The notes: a model not told the origin generated them from the sequence alone. A stretch of 64,000 bases of DNA from an uncultured Chloroflexia bacterium (GCA_963819655.1 CAWFXA010000002.1:64001-128000), one strand, 5' to 3'; positions 49,201 to 57,820 are shown, numbered from the stretch's first letter. Numbers and translations: made by a program.

Positions 49201-49434
49201 CGGCGCGTCGGTCCCCGGGCCGAACGCCCCGCCCCGGAGGACGGCCATCGGCTCCTGGAGGCCGGCGACGCGGCGGATCGCCTCATCGATGAAGCGACTC
49301 GTGCCGACGCCGGCCGTCCCGTCGACGAGGAGCGTCCCAGAAGCGCCCGCCGAGGCCGATCGGAGAACGGTCGCGAGCCTCGCGAATGCGTCCTCTCGGC
49401 CCACGAACCGCGCGCTCGTGTAGGTGGCGCCCAT
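46207..49434 (-). CDS. Large ATP-binding LuxR-family (LAL/STAND) regulator: AAA, TPR-like and LuxR HTH domains
   Basis: FVGRE, Walker A-like GTAGVGTS, Walker B LIMEDLHRAD, GGRPL, C-terminal LSGREREVL...NREIGERLFISQKTVGVHVGNILAKL. Confidence 0.93.
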   Translation of the reverse strand: MGATYTSARFVGREDAFARLATVLRSASAGASGTLLVDGTAGVGTSRFIDEAIRRVAGLQEPMAVLRGGAFGPGTDAPYQPLVRALRPVLAELPDDELARVLGTATDELVRLIPELAERVEPPGTAGRRILTAVPERRQARLLEGVLGVVGRLGERQPVLLIMEDLHRADAGTRALVTFLARIARSHRLAVVATYQADAIRREDPWSVDLTSLDAAPRPPARLTLAPLRRDELARLIESIEDARPSASVLVVVAERSGGRPLVAEELLAARRELPTVSLTSSFQDLVLARIAARSPEARRVLRLLAPAGRPLKRADLASIAEAFEADLTSAPPRSSHAPRRGDGVLDADLAHGLDEAIEYGFVLEDDTGLALRHELVGRAIEADLLPSMRIRHHAAVARALDDQPFVAVHHFRTALDPVAVRHAAIAAADAAAAIDAPLDELDALELAIAAGSATGVTSRHGGRRRSDPPVLPPTEMNARAAEAAFAAGRPVRAAAYLDAAIASTDGRRDRTRLGLIYDRLAQFRRVAGDAEGSLAARRRAVDLVPTTPSPARAAVVAGLAQMLMLEGTFSEADRLARDAIRIAKACDPPARRWELHATTTLGVSLGWRADPEAALAMLTDARAMAEELGDLDELFRIHANLTTVLELAGRHEDAVTVASAGIEAAKAAGLEAVYGNVLRGNAADSLFLLGRWEEARAMSMTALEWLPAGINFLNALVSLATVEIELSAGEAAGRLLGQTLLELEAVRDAQQAVPLHLASASFALWRGDLADARRAADRGWSLVRETEDWILAARTATAVIEVEAAAAAESREQRDLAGLAAARERARDVIRAAEAIVKRHGVAPSLGSRRLADAWLSTARAHRRRVDARDDPATWTAVGDAWSALHIPYETARARWHESEAMLASGAGRAGRADARIPLMEAVDTALALGALPLLRELRELAGRALIQLPPEVDQALAGPDDRRRELVGVIAPAPVAAALMPVGADGSDQADAWQLGGPVEPPASRDTFGLSGREREVLAQISRGRTNREIGERLFISQKTVGVHVGNILAKLRVSGRVEAAAVAIRLGLTEKA

Positions 49435-49534
49435 CGAACCCATCGTACACAACGGTGGGAGCCGCTCATCCGTCCGCTGACGACGCGCGTATCCCGGTCG
49501 CGACCGACGGACTGGTCGCCCGATGGAGGTGGAG

Positions 49535-49921
49535 ATGAACCCTGTCAAGGCGTGGGCCACGCTCGCCGGGATCGTTCTAGTGGCGACCGGCCTGCTCGGA
49601 TTCCTCGGAACGCCGCTGGTCGGCAGCGCATCGGGCGCCCTCGTCCCGACGGACGGGCTGCACAACGTGGTGCACCTCGGCACCGGCGCGCTGGCCCTGT
49701 GGATCGCGTTCGGAACGACCGGCAAGACCCAGGTCGATGCGCTGCTCGGCTTCGGGATCCTGTACGTCGTGATCTTCGTCGCGGTCCTCATCAGCCCGAC
49801 GCTCTTCGGGCTGTTCTCGGTGCCGGCAAACGCGGTCGTCCATGTGATCCATGCCGCGGTGGCCGTCGTGAGCCTCGGCGTCGCGCTCATGGCACGCGGC
49901 AGCGAACCGGCCCGCATCTAG
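49535..49921 (+). CDS. DUF4383-like 4-TM membrane protein
   Basis: GGAG RBS, GLLGF...LHNVVHLGTG, four hydrophobic helices. Confidence 0.78.
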   Translation: MNPVKAWATLAGIVLVATGLLGFLGTPLVGSASGALVPTDGLHNVVHLGTGALALWIAFGTTGKTQVDALLGFGILYVVIFVAVLISPTLFGLFSVPANAVVHVIHAAVAVVSLGVALMARGSEPARI

Positions 49922-49935
49922 GCCGAACCGAACCC

Positions 49936-50631
49936 TTGCCGGGCGCGCACGAGACCCACGCGTCGATCGAGGTCCTTGCCGCGGCCGTCCTGTCTGTGGG
50001 CGGCGCGGCGATCCTCGTTCACGCGTGGGTCGATCGTCGTTCCGGGCGCCGGATCGTGGGGCTCCGCACATCGCCCACTCGGCCGCGACACGACGTCGTC
50101 AGGCGCTCCGCGCGGTCCCTCGTCGTCGTCCTGTCGGCGGGCGCGGCGGCCATCCATCTCGCCGCGGGGCCCGAGCACGTCGAGGCCCTCGGCGATCTCG
50201 GGTTGGCGTTCTACTGGGCGGCCCTGTTCCAGGCCGGGTTCGCCGTCGCGTGCCTTTGGGACCGCCCGGGCCGGTTCCTGATCGTCGTCGGGATCGTCGC
50301 CAACGCCTTGCTCGTCGGGGCGTGGGGGTGGTCGCGGACCGTCGGCCTGCCCTTCGTCGCCGGCGGGCCGGAGGCGATCGGTCTGGCGGACGCCGTCGCG
50401 GTCCTGCTGGAGCTGGGCATCGTGGCGCTGCTCCTGGCGCCGGCCATAGGTCTGGGCGGGCGCCTCGCGAAGGGCGTTCGACCGAGCGCCCTCCGGACCG
50501 CCGCGACCTCGGGTGTCGTGGCGATCGCGGGCGTCGCCGTGCTCGCGGCCTCGATCGCGGTGGCCGATGCGACCGGCGCGCACCACGCTGCCGGGACCGG
50601 ACACGACATGTCGGGCATCGAGATCCGCTAG
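49936..50631 (+). CDS. Hypothetical multi-TM membrane protein (start uncertain)
   Basis: AAAIHLAAGPEH, WSRTVGLPF..GPEAIG motifs and a His-containing tail. Confidence 0.65.
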   Translation: MPGAHETHASIEVLAAAVLSVGGAAILVHAWVDRRSGRRIVGLRTSPTRPRHDVVRRSARSLVVVLSAGAAAIHLAAGPEHVEALGDLGLAFYWAALFQAGFAVACLWDRPGRFLIVVGIVANALLVGAWGWSRTVGLPFVAGGPEAIGLADAVAVLLELGIVALLLAPAIGLGGRLAKGVRPSALRTAATSGVVAIAGVAVLAASIAVADATGAHHAAGTGHDMSGIEIR

Positions 50632-50658
50632 GGGACGCGAGCGACTACGCTGCGCGTC

Positions 50659-51630
50659 GTGACTGACGGCCGCCGAGCCCCCCACCCCGACAACACCCTC
50701 AACGAACTGCCCGGCGAGGAGTGGCTCTACTTCACGAAGTCGGTCCTGACGACGGCCTATCCCTCGGAGCTCGGGCACGTGGCGCGCAAGGCGCACGGTG
50801 CCAACAAGCCACCGCGGCTCATGGCCCGCCTGATCGAGTTCTTCAGCAAGACCGATGAGCTCGTGCTCGACCCGTTCGCCGGCGTCGGCGGCACGCTGAT
50901 CGGCGCCGCGATCGCCCGCGGTCCTCGGCGTGCGCTCGGCATCGAGCTCGACCCGCGTTGGGTGGCGGTGTACGAGGAGGTCGTCGCCGGGCTGGCCGCC
51001 GAGCGCGACGGGCACGGCCCGGCCATCGCGGATCTCGGGACGGCGGATCCGGGCCCGACTCGATCGTTCGATCCGGCTGGCCTCGAGATGCGGACCGGTG
51101 ACGCGCTCGACATCCTGCCGACCCTCGCCGAGGCCTCGGTCGACCTCGTGGCGACCGACCCGCCGTACAACATCCAGCTGCCGTTGACGATGGCCGGCGG
51201 CAAGCTCGCAGAGACCCACGCCAACCGCCGGACCGACTACGCGATGATCAGCGACGCGCCGGCCGACCTCGCCAACGCTGCCGACTACGGCTCGTTCCTC
51301 GAGGCGATGGGCCGGGTGTTCGCTGAGCTCGCGCGCGTCGTGCGACCGGGCCGCTACGCTATCGTCATCGTGCGCGACGCGTACCAGGCTGGCCGCTACC
51401 AGTTCGTGGGGGCCGATCTGGCCGCCCGTGCCGACGCGGCCGGCCTCGTGCCCAAGGGCGACCTCATCTGGCACCAGGCGGGGACGCGGCTGCGGCCCTA
51501 CGGGTACCCGCGCGTGTTCGTCCCGAACATCGCGCACCAGCACATCCTGGTGCTGCGGCGCGAGCCGGTCGGGCGCGAACGGCCGCGCCGGGACCGGCCG
51601 GCTCAGCCCCGGCGGCGACTCTCCATGTAG
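50659..51630 (+). CDS. Orphan amino-(N4C/N6A) DNA methyltransferase
   Basis: Motif I VLDPFAGVGGT and motif IV TDPPY. No adjacent endonuclease. Confidence 0.85.
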   Translation: MTDGRRAPHPDNTLNELPGEEWLYFTKSVLTTAYPSELGHVARKAHGANKPPRLMARLIEFFSKTDELVLDPFAGVGGTLIGAAIARGPRRALGIELDPRWVAVYEEVVAGLAAERDGHGPAIADLGTADPGPTRSFDPAGLEMRTGDALDILPTLAEASVDLVATDPPYNIQLPLTMAGGKLAETHANRRTDYAMISDAPADLANAADYGSFLEAMGRVFAELARVVRPGRYAIVIVRDAYQAGRYQFVGADLAARADAAGLVPKGDLIWHQAGTRLRPYGYPRVFVPNIAHQHILVLRREPVGRERPRRDRPAQPRRRLSM

Positions 51631-53072
51631 GCGGCGAGGACGTCGCCATCGACGTCGTCGCCCATCGTCCACGTGTCGGCCGCGATCGGCATCGTCGCCG
51701 TCGGCGTGCTCTGGATCGGCGCCTCGCCGATCACGTCGCCGAGGGTCATCTTGTGGATCCAGCCCTGGCGACCGTCCGGGCAGAGGACGAGCCAATAGCT
51801 TCCACGCTTCTCGAGCAGCTGGACCTCGTCGCCCTGGTCGAGGAAGGCGAGCTCAGTCCCGCGCAGCTCGTCGGGCATGTCCAGCAGGCGCACGAGGTTG
51901 TAGCGGATGAGTCGACGCTCGCGCCCGTCGATCGGCCCCACCAGCCCGTGGTCGAAGGTCAGTCGTGGCGCCTCGGTCGCGTCGCGGATCGGGTCGGCCC
52001 TGCGGGCCTCGAGCAGCGACGGGCGGCGCCAGCGGGGCATCGCCATCTCAGTGTCGAGCGGGTGCGGGGCGTCCGCCACGGCGACGCCCGAGTGTGAACC
52101 GGGCGCCAGGCTCGCGGCGTAGGCGGCCGCGGCGGCGATCGCGAGAGGGCTGGAGGCGTTGTGATGGAGCACGTCGTCCGGCGCCGGCGGTTCGCCCTCG
52201 CGGCGGCGCTTGCCGAACACGCCGAACGCCAGCGTTGCGCCGACGATGCCGGACGTCGTGACGAGGGTCGCGACGAGACCGAGCGGCAGGGACGGGCGAC
52301 CACCCATCAGAAGGTCGACGCCGGCCTCGAAAGCAGCGAGTGGCCCGGTGTCCCCTCCCCCGCCGGGCGGCCCGATGGGGGCTCCCGGCTGGGTGCTGCC
52401 GCCGCCGGGCGGCGTGCTGGCCAGACCGGGCACGACCGCCACGGCGTCGTCGCTCGGCGCGGGGCTCGTCGATGGGCTGGTGGTCGGGCTTGGCGACGCT
52501 GAACTGGTCTCCGTCGGCGAGGCGGTCGGCGTCTCGGTCGGGGCGGTGGTGGGCGCAGCCGCGACCGGTGCCGCGGTCGGCTTGGGGGTCGCCTTGGGGG
52601 TCGGCTTCGGCGTCAGCTTCGGCGTCGGGCGCGGGGTCGGGCGGGGTGTCGAGCGCGGGGTCGGTTCGGGCGTCGGCGGCGCTTTGATCGTGACGGTCCC
52701 CGCGGAGATCGTGTCTGAGAACCGGTCGCGACTCATCGCCGCGATCGAGATGGCGTGCGAACCGACCGGCAATCGCCCTGCCCAGCGGAACGTGACGCCC
52801 CGCTTCCAGTTGGTGCCGCTCGTCTTGGCCATCGTGCGTGTCGAGCCGGCGACCGTGACGCGGACCCAATCGGCGGGCGATCCCTCGCGGTTCCGGTATC
52901 CGACGGTGATCGCAACAGTCGTCGTCGGGGTTCCGGAGCGCGGCGACGCGGACGGGTCGGAGAGGCGGGTCGGACCCGAGCCTGCCCATGCGGGGGCGAC
53001 GGCCGACAGCACGAGGAGGACGGCCACGATCGACGCACCGATCCGGGCCGGCCAGCGGCCTGGGTCGAGCAT
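51603..53072 (-). CDS. Secreted/membrane-anchored protein: Ig-like domain, Pro/Thr linker, TM helix, C-terminal SH3-like domain
   Basis: Signal peptide (APAWA), PTP(R/K) repeats, TM LVATLVTTSGIVGATLAFGVFG+KRRR, SH3b-like LDQGDEVQLLEKRGSYWLVLCPDGRQGWIH. Confidence 0.78.
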   Translation of the reverse strand: MLDPGRWPARIGASIVAVLLVLSAVAPAWAGSGPTRLSDPSASPRSGTPTTTVAITVGYRNREGSPADWVRVTVAGSTRTMAKTSGTNWKRGVTFRWAGRLPVGSHAISIAAMSRDRFSDTISAGTVTIKAPPTPEPTPRSTPRPTPRPTPKLTPKPTPKATPKPTAAPVAAAPTTAPTETPTASPTETSSASPSPTTSPSTSPAPSDDAVAVVPGLASTPPGGGSTQPGAPIGPPGGGGDTGPLAAFEAGVDLLMGGRPSLPLGLVATLVTTSGIVGATLAFGVFGKRRREGEPPAPDDVLHHNASSPLAIAAAAAYAASLAPGSHSGVAVADAPHPLDTEMAMPRWRRPSLLEARRADPIRDATEAPRLTFDHGLVGPIDGRERRLIRYNLVRLLDMPDELRGTELAFLDQGDEVQLLEKRGSYWLVLCPDGRQGWIHKMTLGDVIGEAPIQSTPTATMPIAADTWTMGDDVDGDVLAAYMESRRRG

Positions 53073-53323
53073 CGTGACTGGGGGTCTCGGGTGACGGTCG
53101 GGACGCTGCATCCTGAGGGCGAGGATGCGTTTCGCGCGAGAGGCGAGCAATGGTACGGGGGTCCGGTGCCGGCCCGCCGACCGGCGCGGTGCAGACGGGC
53201 ACCAGCCCACGGCCGGGCCTGTCGGGTGAGGTGTGGTCCGGTGCGGGCCGTGGTCCAACCGGCCGCAGCGGTTACCCCGGTTCGCCCATCGACGCTCGCG
53301 GGCGTGCTCCCGAGGATGGCCAC

Positions 53324-54076
53324 ATGGAGGTCATCCACCCGCCACAGGCAGCCCGGCGACCGTCGATGGCGCCGCTCCTCGGGGGCACCGTCATCGGGAC
53401 CGTGCTCATCGTCGCGGGCATCGTCCTCGCATATGTCGCCCTCGCGACGCCCCTGCTGCGGTCAGTGCTCCCGCAAGGGCGCCTCGACGCTGGTGAGATG
53501 GCGACCGGTGCCGCAGTCTGGGCGATCGCGCTCGTCGCGCCCGCAGGTTTCGTGCTCGTGGGCACGAACCGGCTCGTCCGGATCCTCGCATCGGTCCGCG
53601 GCCGGATCCCTCGGCGGTCGGCGACGATCCGCGCACTCGACGGGGTTGCCGACGACGTCATCGTCGCGACGGGCATCACGCTCCCCGACGGACGGGGCGT
53701 GTCGGAGCTCGTGATCGGGCCGTTCGGGGGCGCCGTCATCCGCGAGCTGCCGCCCACCGCGGTGACACGCATCCGCGAGGGGCACTGGGAGCTCCGCACG
53801 AGGCGCGGTTGGATCTCGATCGAGAATCCGCTCGACCGCGCCGCCCGGGACGCCGAACGCGTCCGACGCTGGCTCGGCCACGACGACGCCGACTTCGTCG
53901 TCAAGGTGTATGCCGCGGTCGTCGGACCCGAGCCGACCGTGCGACGGACGACGGACTGTGCGGTGCTCGACCAAGACCAACTCGTCGCATGGATCGAGGC
54001 GCTGCCGCCACAGCGAAGCCTGACCGAGGGCCGTCGCCAGCAGGTCGCAGAGACGGTTCGCGCCGCCGCCCGCTGA
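53324..54076 (+). CDS. 2-TM membrane protein with degenerate NERD-like domain
   Basis: Two TM helices, then LPDGRGVSELVIGPFGGAVIRE...IENPLDRA, a NERD-like layout without the D/ExK residues. Confidence 0.6.
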   Translation: MEVIHPPQAARRPSMAPLLGGTVIGTVLIVAGIVLAYVALATPLLRSVLPQGRLDAGEMATGAAVWAIALVAPAGFVLVGTNRLVRILASVRGRIPRRSATIRALDGVADDVIVATGITLPDGRGVSELVIGPFGGAVIRELPPTAVTRIREGHWELRTRRGWISIENPLDRAARDAERVRRWLGHDDADFVVKVYAAVVGPEPTVRRTTDCAVLDQDQLVAWIEALPPQRSLTEGRRQQVAETVRAAAR

Positions 54077-54097
54077 CACAGCTGGCCGGACGATGTC

Positions 54098-54173
54098 TGG
54101 TAGGGGAGCCAGGACTCGAACCTGGAACCAGCGGGATATAAGCCCGCCGCTCTAACCGTTGAGCTACTCCCCC
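54098..54173 (-). tRNA. tRNA-Ile(UAU)
   Basis: GGGGGAG-TA-GCTC-AACGGTTA-GAGC-G-GCGGG-CT-TAT-AT-CCCGC-TGGTT-CCAGG-TTCGAGT-CCTGG-CTCCCCT-A-CCA. 76 nt with A73 discriminator. Confidence 0.92.
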
Positions 54174-54222
54174 GCGGCGATGCTACACCCGGAGCGGGTG
54201 CGATCGGTCGAACGCGGCCGGG

Positions 54223-54525
54223 TCAGTCGCCGAGCAGCTTGCCGGCGATCGAGCGAAGGCTCAGGTGCCGCCCGGCCAGCCTGAGGGGCGCATCGTTGCG
54301 GCGGCCATCGGCCCGCCGACCGTCGAGAGCTCCACCACCGGGCGCCCAGGCCCGAGCCGGCAGTGCCGCGGCGAAGGCCCTGTCCGCTTCGGTCTGGAAT
54401 GCCTCGATCGGGAGATCATCCGGATCGAACGGCCGCTCCACCGTCGCCGCCACACCCGGCGGGCGGGCGTAGGCCGGTGCTCCGTAGAGCTTCGGGAGCG
54501 CGACATGCTGCTCGTCGATGGACAC
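54223..54525 (-). CDS. Small hypothetical protein
   Basis: MSIDEQHVALPKLYGAPAYARPP...PFDPDDLPIE, with GAGG before the GTG. Confidence 0.65.
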   Translation of the reverse strand: MSIDEQHVALPKLYGAPAYARPPGVAATVERPFDPDDLPIEAFQTEADRAFAAALPARAWAPGGGALDGRRADGRRNDAPLRLAGRHLSLRSIAGKLLGD

Positions 54526-54681
54526 GCGGAACCTCGAAGGATGATTGCGGTGGTCTCCCTGGATCGCCCGGAAGACACGCCGGATGATGATGCCCAGCGC
54601 AGGGTAGCGGGAATGGTACGGATGGGCTAGACGATCTGGATCGTCGGGTCGGCTTTCGTGTTGCACTTGCGCGACAAGGGC

Positions 54682-55077
54682 TCAGGCGAGCATCGGCCGG
54701 ATGAGCTGGAGCGTCACGATCATCACCAGCCAGGCGATCGGCACCGCGGCGAAGAACCCAAGCGCGGCACTCCAGACGCTCCGTCTTCGGACCGTGCCGG
54801 AGCCCGTCGGCTGGGGCACGACGAGGTAGGTGACGACGGTGCCGACCGCCAGCACGACGGCCGCATAGACGACCAATGCGAGGGGGCGCAGGTCGCCGCC
54901 GGGGACGTCGGCGCCGCGCACGAGCGCCAGATCGTAGGCCAGGTACGCGACGGCCAGCACGATGGCGATGACCAGGCTGGACAGCACCGCCCGCACGACC
55001 GGTCGGGGAGCGTTGCGGAACTGGCGCCAGCGGACCTCCGCCCAGGACCGTCGCCGGACAGGTGCCCCGTCAGCCAC
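54682..55077 (-). CDS. 3-TM hypothetical membrane protein
   Basis: Overlaps the end of the upstream PLP enzyme gene and has three hydrophobic helices. Confidence 0.72.
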   Translation of the reverse strand: MADGAPVRRRSWAEVRWRQFRNAPRPVVRAVLSSLVIAIVLAVAYLAYDLALVRGADVPGGDLRPLALVVYAAVVLAVGTVVTYLVVPQPTGSGTVRRRSVWSAALGFFAAVPIAWLVMIVTLQLIRPMLA

Positions 55078-56305
55078 TGAGGATCGTGAGCGTCCGGCGA
55101 GGCGGCATCGTCTCGGGCGTGTGGCCCGAGAGCAGCTCGACGGTGCCGGCAAACCGCTCGAGCTCGTCATCCGACGTGAAGAACCCGACGCTGATCCGGA
55201 GTGCGTCGATGAGCGGCACCGTCCGGGCGACCGCGAACACCCGGGCACTCAGCTCGTCGAGTGCGAGCTGCGCGGGCCAGCCGGCGATCCGGAACGCGAC
55301 AAGATTCGCCATCCGGTCGATCGGCGTGACCACCTCGACGCCGTCGATCGCCGCCAGCCGATGGGCGGCCGTCTGGGCGGTCGCCGCACCCCGCCCGTAG
55401 ACCCAGTCGAGGCCCAGGAACATGCTCATCCAGCCGATGGAGCGGGCCATGCCGACGATCGACGGGCGGTGATAGTTCGACGCCTCGAACCGGCGAGCGT
55501 CCGGCCACCGAACTGCCGTCCCATTCGAGTCGACGGTCTCGAACGTGAAATGACCGCCGTAGGCCGGGGTGAGGCGATCGCGGACCACCGGCGCCAGCGC
55601 GACCGCACCCATGCCCTCGGGCCCGAGCAGCCACTTCTGCGCAGGAACCGCGTAGACATCTGCGCCGGTCGCCGCAAGATCCACGGGCATGGCACCCGCG
55701 CTCTGCGCGCCGTCGACGACGAGGATCGCCCCGCGCGCGTGGGCCATCTCGGCGATCCGTGCGACCGGCAGGACCGTGCCCGAGGCCCATAGCACGTGTG
55801 AGATCGCGACGACCCGTGTCCGTTCGTCGATCGCGCGGTCGAAGTCGGCGAGGACGTCATCAGGATCGCGCGACGGCCCGACGTCGACGAAAACGATCTC
55901 GATGCCGAGCCGGTCGCGCAGGTTGTATAGGGCGCCGATCCCGCCCGGGTGCTCGAGGCTGGTCGTCACGGCCCTGTCGCCCGGCCGCCAGTCGATCGAC
56001 CAGATCCCGATGTTCATGCCGTCGGTGGTGGAATGCGTCAGCGCGATGTCGCTCACGTCGGCGGTGAGCACGGCGGCGACGGCGGCACGCGCCTCGGCCA
56101 TGCGCTGGAGCATCTCTTCGTAGTACGCGAAGTGCGCCCGGCCGGTTCGGAGCTCGTAGTCGGCCAGCTCGGCCATGACGGCCGCCGTCTCGGCCGGAAA
56201 CGGCCCCACCGAGCCCGTGTTCAGGTAGATGCCGGCCTCGAGCGCGGGGAGCGCCGCCCGGACGGCCGCGAGTCGCCCGTCGTCAGGGGGTTGGAGGGCG
56301 GCCAC
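55070..56305 (-). CDS. Class-V PLP enzyme, cystine/cysteine C-S lyase (C-DES/EgtE/CefD-like)
   Basis: IYLNTG, STTDGMN, EH, VDGAQSAG, PAQKWLLGPEG (PLP Lys), LRISVG. No NifS/SufS catalytic Cys loop. Confidence 0.87.
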   Translation of the reverse strand: MAALQPPDDGRLAAVRAALPALEAGIYLNTGSVGPFPAETAAVMAELADYELRTGRAHFAYYEEMLQRMAEARAAVAAVLTADVSDIALTHSTTDGMNIGIWSIDWRPGDRAVTTSLEHPGGIGALYNLRDRLGIEIVFVDVGPSRDPDDVLADFDRAIDERTRVVAISHVLWASGTVLPVARIAEMAHARGAILVVDGAQSAGAMPVDLAATGADVYAVPAQKWLLGPEGMGAVALAPVVRDRLTPAYGGHFTFETVDSNGTAVRWPDARRFEASNYHRPSIVGMARSIGWMSMFLGLDWVYGRGAATAQTAAHRLAAIDGVEVVTPIDRMANLVAFRIAGWPAQLALDELSARVFAVARTVPLIDALRISVGFFTSDDELERFAGTVELLSGHTPETMPPRRTLTILSG

Positions 56306-56324
56306 GGCCCGTATCATACCGACG

Positions 56325-57176
56325 ATGTCCGGCCTGGCCCGACCCGAGATCCTCGCCACGACCGAATGGCTCGCCGAGCACCTGGGCCGCTCGGGCGTGC
56401 GCATCCTGGACGCCCGCTGGCGCCCGGACGGGACAGGTGCCAACGTCCATCGCGCGGGCCACATCCCGGGAGCGGTGTCGGTCGACTGGCGCGCCGACCT
56501 CGTCGACATGGATCAGGCCGGCGATGCCATCCGCGTCGCGTCGCCCGGCCGGGTCGCGGCGACAGCAGGCAGAGCGGGCATCGGCGACGAGACGACGATC
56601 GTCATCTACGACGACACCCAGGGGCTGTACGCGGCGCGAATCTGGTGGACGTTCCGGACCTATGGCGCGGAGCATGTCCGGATCCTCGACGGCGGGTTCC
56701 CGGCGTGGAAGGCGGAGGATCGCCCGATCGAGCGCGGGAGCAGCGAGACCCCGCCGGAGCCGCTGACCCCGTTCACCCCACGCGGCCCGAACCGGCTCCA
56801 CCTGACGACGTCCGACGTCCGCGGCCTGCTCGGTGCCCCGGGGGTCACGTTGCTCGACGCGCGGGCGCCAGCCGAGTATCGCGGCTTCGAGGGCAACACC
56901 CGCCGGCTCGGTCACATCCCGGGGGCCATCAACGTCCCGGTCGGGTCGATGCACGCGGCCGGCAGCCAGCGCCTCCGCGATGGCGGCGACCTGCGCAATC
57001 GACTCCACGCCGCGAACGTCAGCCGCGGGAGCCGGATGGTGGCGTACGACGGGTCGGGCGTCGCGGCCGCGAAGCTCGCGTTCGTGCTGAGCCTGCTCGG
57101 CCACGACGATGTCGCGGTGTACGACGGCGGCTGGGCCGAGTGGGGCAACCGGCTCGACCTTCCGGTCGACCGCTAG
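56325..57176 (+). CDS. Tandem-domain rhodanese (SseA/MST-like) lacking the catalytic cysteine
   Basis: GHIPGA twice, LDGGFPAW, YDGGWAEW. Active-site loop reads YDGSGVAA instead of YCGSGVTA. Confidence 0.88.
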   Translation: MSGLARPEILATTEWLAEHLGRSGVRILDARWRPDGTGANVHRAGHIPGAVSVDWRADLVDMDQAGDAIRVASPGRVAATAGRAGIGDETTIVIYDDTQGLYAARIWWTFRTYGAEHVRILDGGFPAWKAEDRPIERGSSETPPEPLTPFTPRGPNRLHLTTSDVRGLLGAPGVTLLDARAPAEYRGFEGNTRRLGHIPGAINVPVGSMHAAGSQRLRDGGDLRNRLHAANVSRGSRMVAYDGSGVAAAKLAFVLSLLGHDDVAVYDGGWAEWGNRLDLPVDR

Positions 57177-57198
57177 GGCCGGAGGTCCGCGGCGGGAC

Positions 57199-57783
57199 CT
57201 ACCAGCCGGTCGGTTCCGGCGGCGGCGGCTCCGGTCGGGGCGTGACCTTGTCCAGCCCCGCCCACGGATCCGTCACGCGGTGCGGTGCCAGGATCTGGGC
57301 CCGTTCGTGATTGACCGCGAGAAGCTCAGCGGTCGTGCGTGCCTCGCCTAGGACGTCCGACCAATAGGTCGCGCCGGTCACGGGCAGGAAATGCCCGGTC
57401 AGCTCGGACAGGGCGTCGCGCAGGCTGCGCTCCGGCATCAGGTGGATGAACCCGGTCACCTTGAACGGCGGCACGGAGATCAACGCCTCTTCCGGGATCT
57501 TCGGCGTGCGCAGCTCCGGCGCGGGATCCACCGGCTCATTGACGACCGCGAAGAGGACCGAGGCCAGGTTGACCTGGGCGAACTCGGCCCGGATCGATTC
57601 GCCGCGCGTGCCGAACTCGTCGGTCGTCACCTCGGACAGGACCAGGAACCGATCCTCGGCCATGTTGAGCATGTCGGTCACGCGCCGCTGGCGGGTATTC
57701 AGCGAGCCGTGGATCACGAACGAATCCGTGTACAGGGTCAGCCGGATCTGCTGGGCAGGCATCCCACCGAGCGCGTCGAACAT
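57199..57783 (-). CDS. Hypothetical protein with two tandem DUF6812-like repeats
   Basis: Internal duplication (..RVTDMLN..FLVLSEV / ..SLRDALS..FLPVTGA). Confidence 0.7.
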   Translation of the reverse strand: MFDALGGMPAQQIRLTLYTDSFVIHGSLNTRQRRVTDMLNMAEDRFLVLSEVTTDEFGTRGESIRAEFAQVNLASVLFAVVNEPVDPAPELRTPKIPEEALISVPPFKVTGFIHLMPERSLRDALSELTGHFLPVTGATYWSDVLGEARTTAELLAVNHERAQILAPHRVTDPWAGLDKVTPRPEPPPPEPTGW

Positions 57784-57820
57784 CGGTCAAGGATACGCGG
57801 CGGCCGTCGTCACGGCGCGG

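Noticed and set aside
52540-52680. Repetitive GGGGTCGG-type DNA
   Set aside because: Simply encodes the PTP(R/K) linker of the surface protein.
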